53,280 bases of DNA from a virus (lineage: Duplodnaviria > Caudoviricetes): positions 1 through 53,280 of the IMG/VR virus record IMGVR_UViG_3300042549_001343; one strand, given 5' to 3'. The notes below the pieces were generated by a model. The model searched no databases, was not told the DNA's origin, and saw only the letters and a program-made list of their open reading frames with translations. Below, one piece after another: positions 52,773 through 53,280 of this stretch. The position numbers and the translations under genes are program-made. Within the stretch, counting starts at the first letter, position 1. Each line of letters begins with the position of its first letter.

Positions 52773-53280
52773 TTACTCATATAAAATGTTAATTGAACCA
52801 GCATCGAATGTGTCAGTGCCGTTTACTGTGGTAATGCGGACTTGGGTAAGCGTGTCGGATAGAGTTTTTGTACCGCAAAACAAATACTGAAAAGCAGAGC
52901 CAATGTTATACGCACCTAACAAAGCCCATGTATTTGACCCCAATAAAGAAAATACAACCTGACCATTTCTTGTTTGGGTTGAAGAAGTGTCGCCTGTACT
53001 GTCAAAACCAGAAGTTGAATAAAGGGTAGAAACTGTCGAGCCTATTTGAGTACAAGTTCCAGCATACCCAGTTGTTTCTATTCCACCAGCGTCACCAAGT
53101 TGTAAGCGTATAGTGCTTGACCCATTTGTACTGACGCCATTAAACATGACAGTAATGCGCTTCACCCAAGATGGGATGCCTGTAAAGTCAATACTTGTTC
53201 CAGATGTAGATGCCTGCACAGTGCCAGAGGTGAGAACACCTACACCTGTCGGCGTACCCGCTGTGACTGGGCTGGTCAAT
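52773..53280 (-). CDS. Tail protein paralogue 4 (3' part of the gene starting at 792)
   Basis: Continuous with 1..792 through the terminal overlap. Confidence 0.85.
   Translation of the reverse strand, partial: LTSPVTAGTPTGVGVLTSGTVQASTSGTSIDFTGIPSWVKRITVMFNGVSTNGSSTIRLQLGDAGGIETTGYAGTCTQIGSTVSTLYSTSGFDSTGDTSSTQTRNGQVVFSLLGSNTWALLGAYNIGSAFQYLFCGTKTLSDTLTQVRITTVNGTDTFDAGSINILYE

Noticed and set aside
50281-53280. Diversity-generating retroelement (TR/VR) in the tail array
   Set aside because: No reverse transcriptase ORF anywhere in the circle; differences between repeats are not adenine-specific and all copies are coding
1-53280. Genome-wide stop-codon reassignment
   Set aside because: Core genes are intact in the standard code and TAA, TGA and TAG all terminate genes

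Overview
The window is an essentially complete, circularly permuted dsDNA tailed-phage genome of about 53,042 bp. Bases 1-238 recur at 53043-53280 with 9 clustered mismatches. It looks like a podovirus: portal, scaffold, P22-coat-like major capsid protein, adaptor/nozzle, three ejection proteins and no tape measure. The host is probably a Gram-negative proteobacterium (spanins, AAAGGA Shine-Dalgarno motifs; inference only). A long minus-strand late operon runs from terS/terL through head, tail fibres, lysis and ejection genes, crossing the contig junction. A plus-strand early region is led by a MoxR AAA+/vWA pair. There is a minus-strand replication block (DUF1376/YdaU-like initiator, SF4 helicase, RusA, Q-like) and a plus-strand recombination block (Rad52/Sak-like SSAP, YqaJ exonuclease, SSB). 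No integrase, repressor, polymerase, tRNA, CRISPR array or reverse transcriptase was recognised. Best leads: (1) a large multi-branch structured RNA leader before the early genes; (2) a c4-like two-unit RNA upstream of terS whose loop is antisense in two blocks to the SSAP mRNA; (3) a second copy of the iteron/origin element upstream of terS; (4) more than 50 copies of the heptamer GACAGAT; (5) a gene overprinted inside the 2650-aa polyvalent protein; (6) a GT9 glycosyltransferase carrying a copy of the neighbouring small protein, with two 2OG-Fe(II) oxygenases and a methyltransferase in the late operon; (7) a shared xADGG motif in putative internal virion proteins; (8) a four-paralogue tail-protein array with a gene-conversion-like patch. 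All family assignments are from motif recognition by eye, not database searches.
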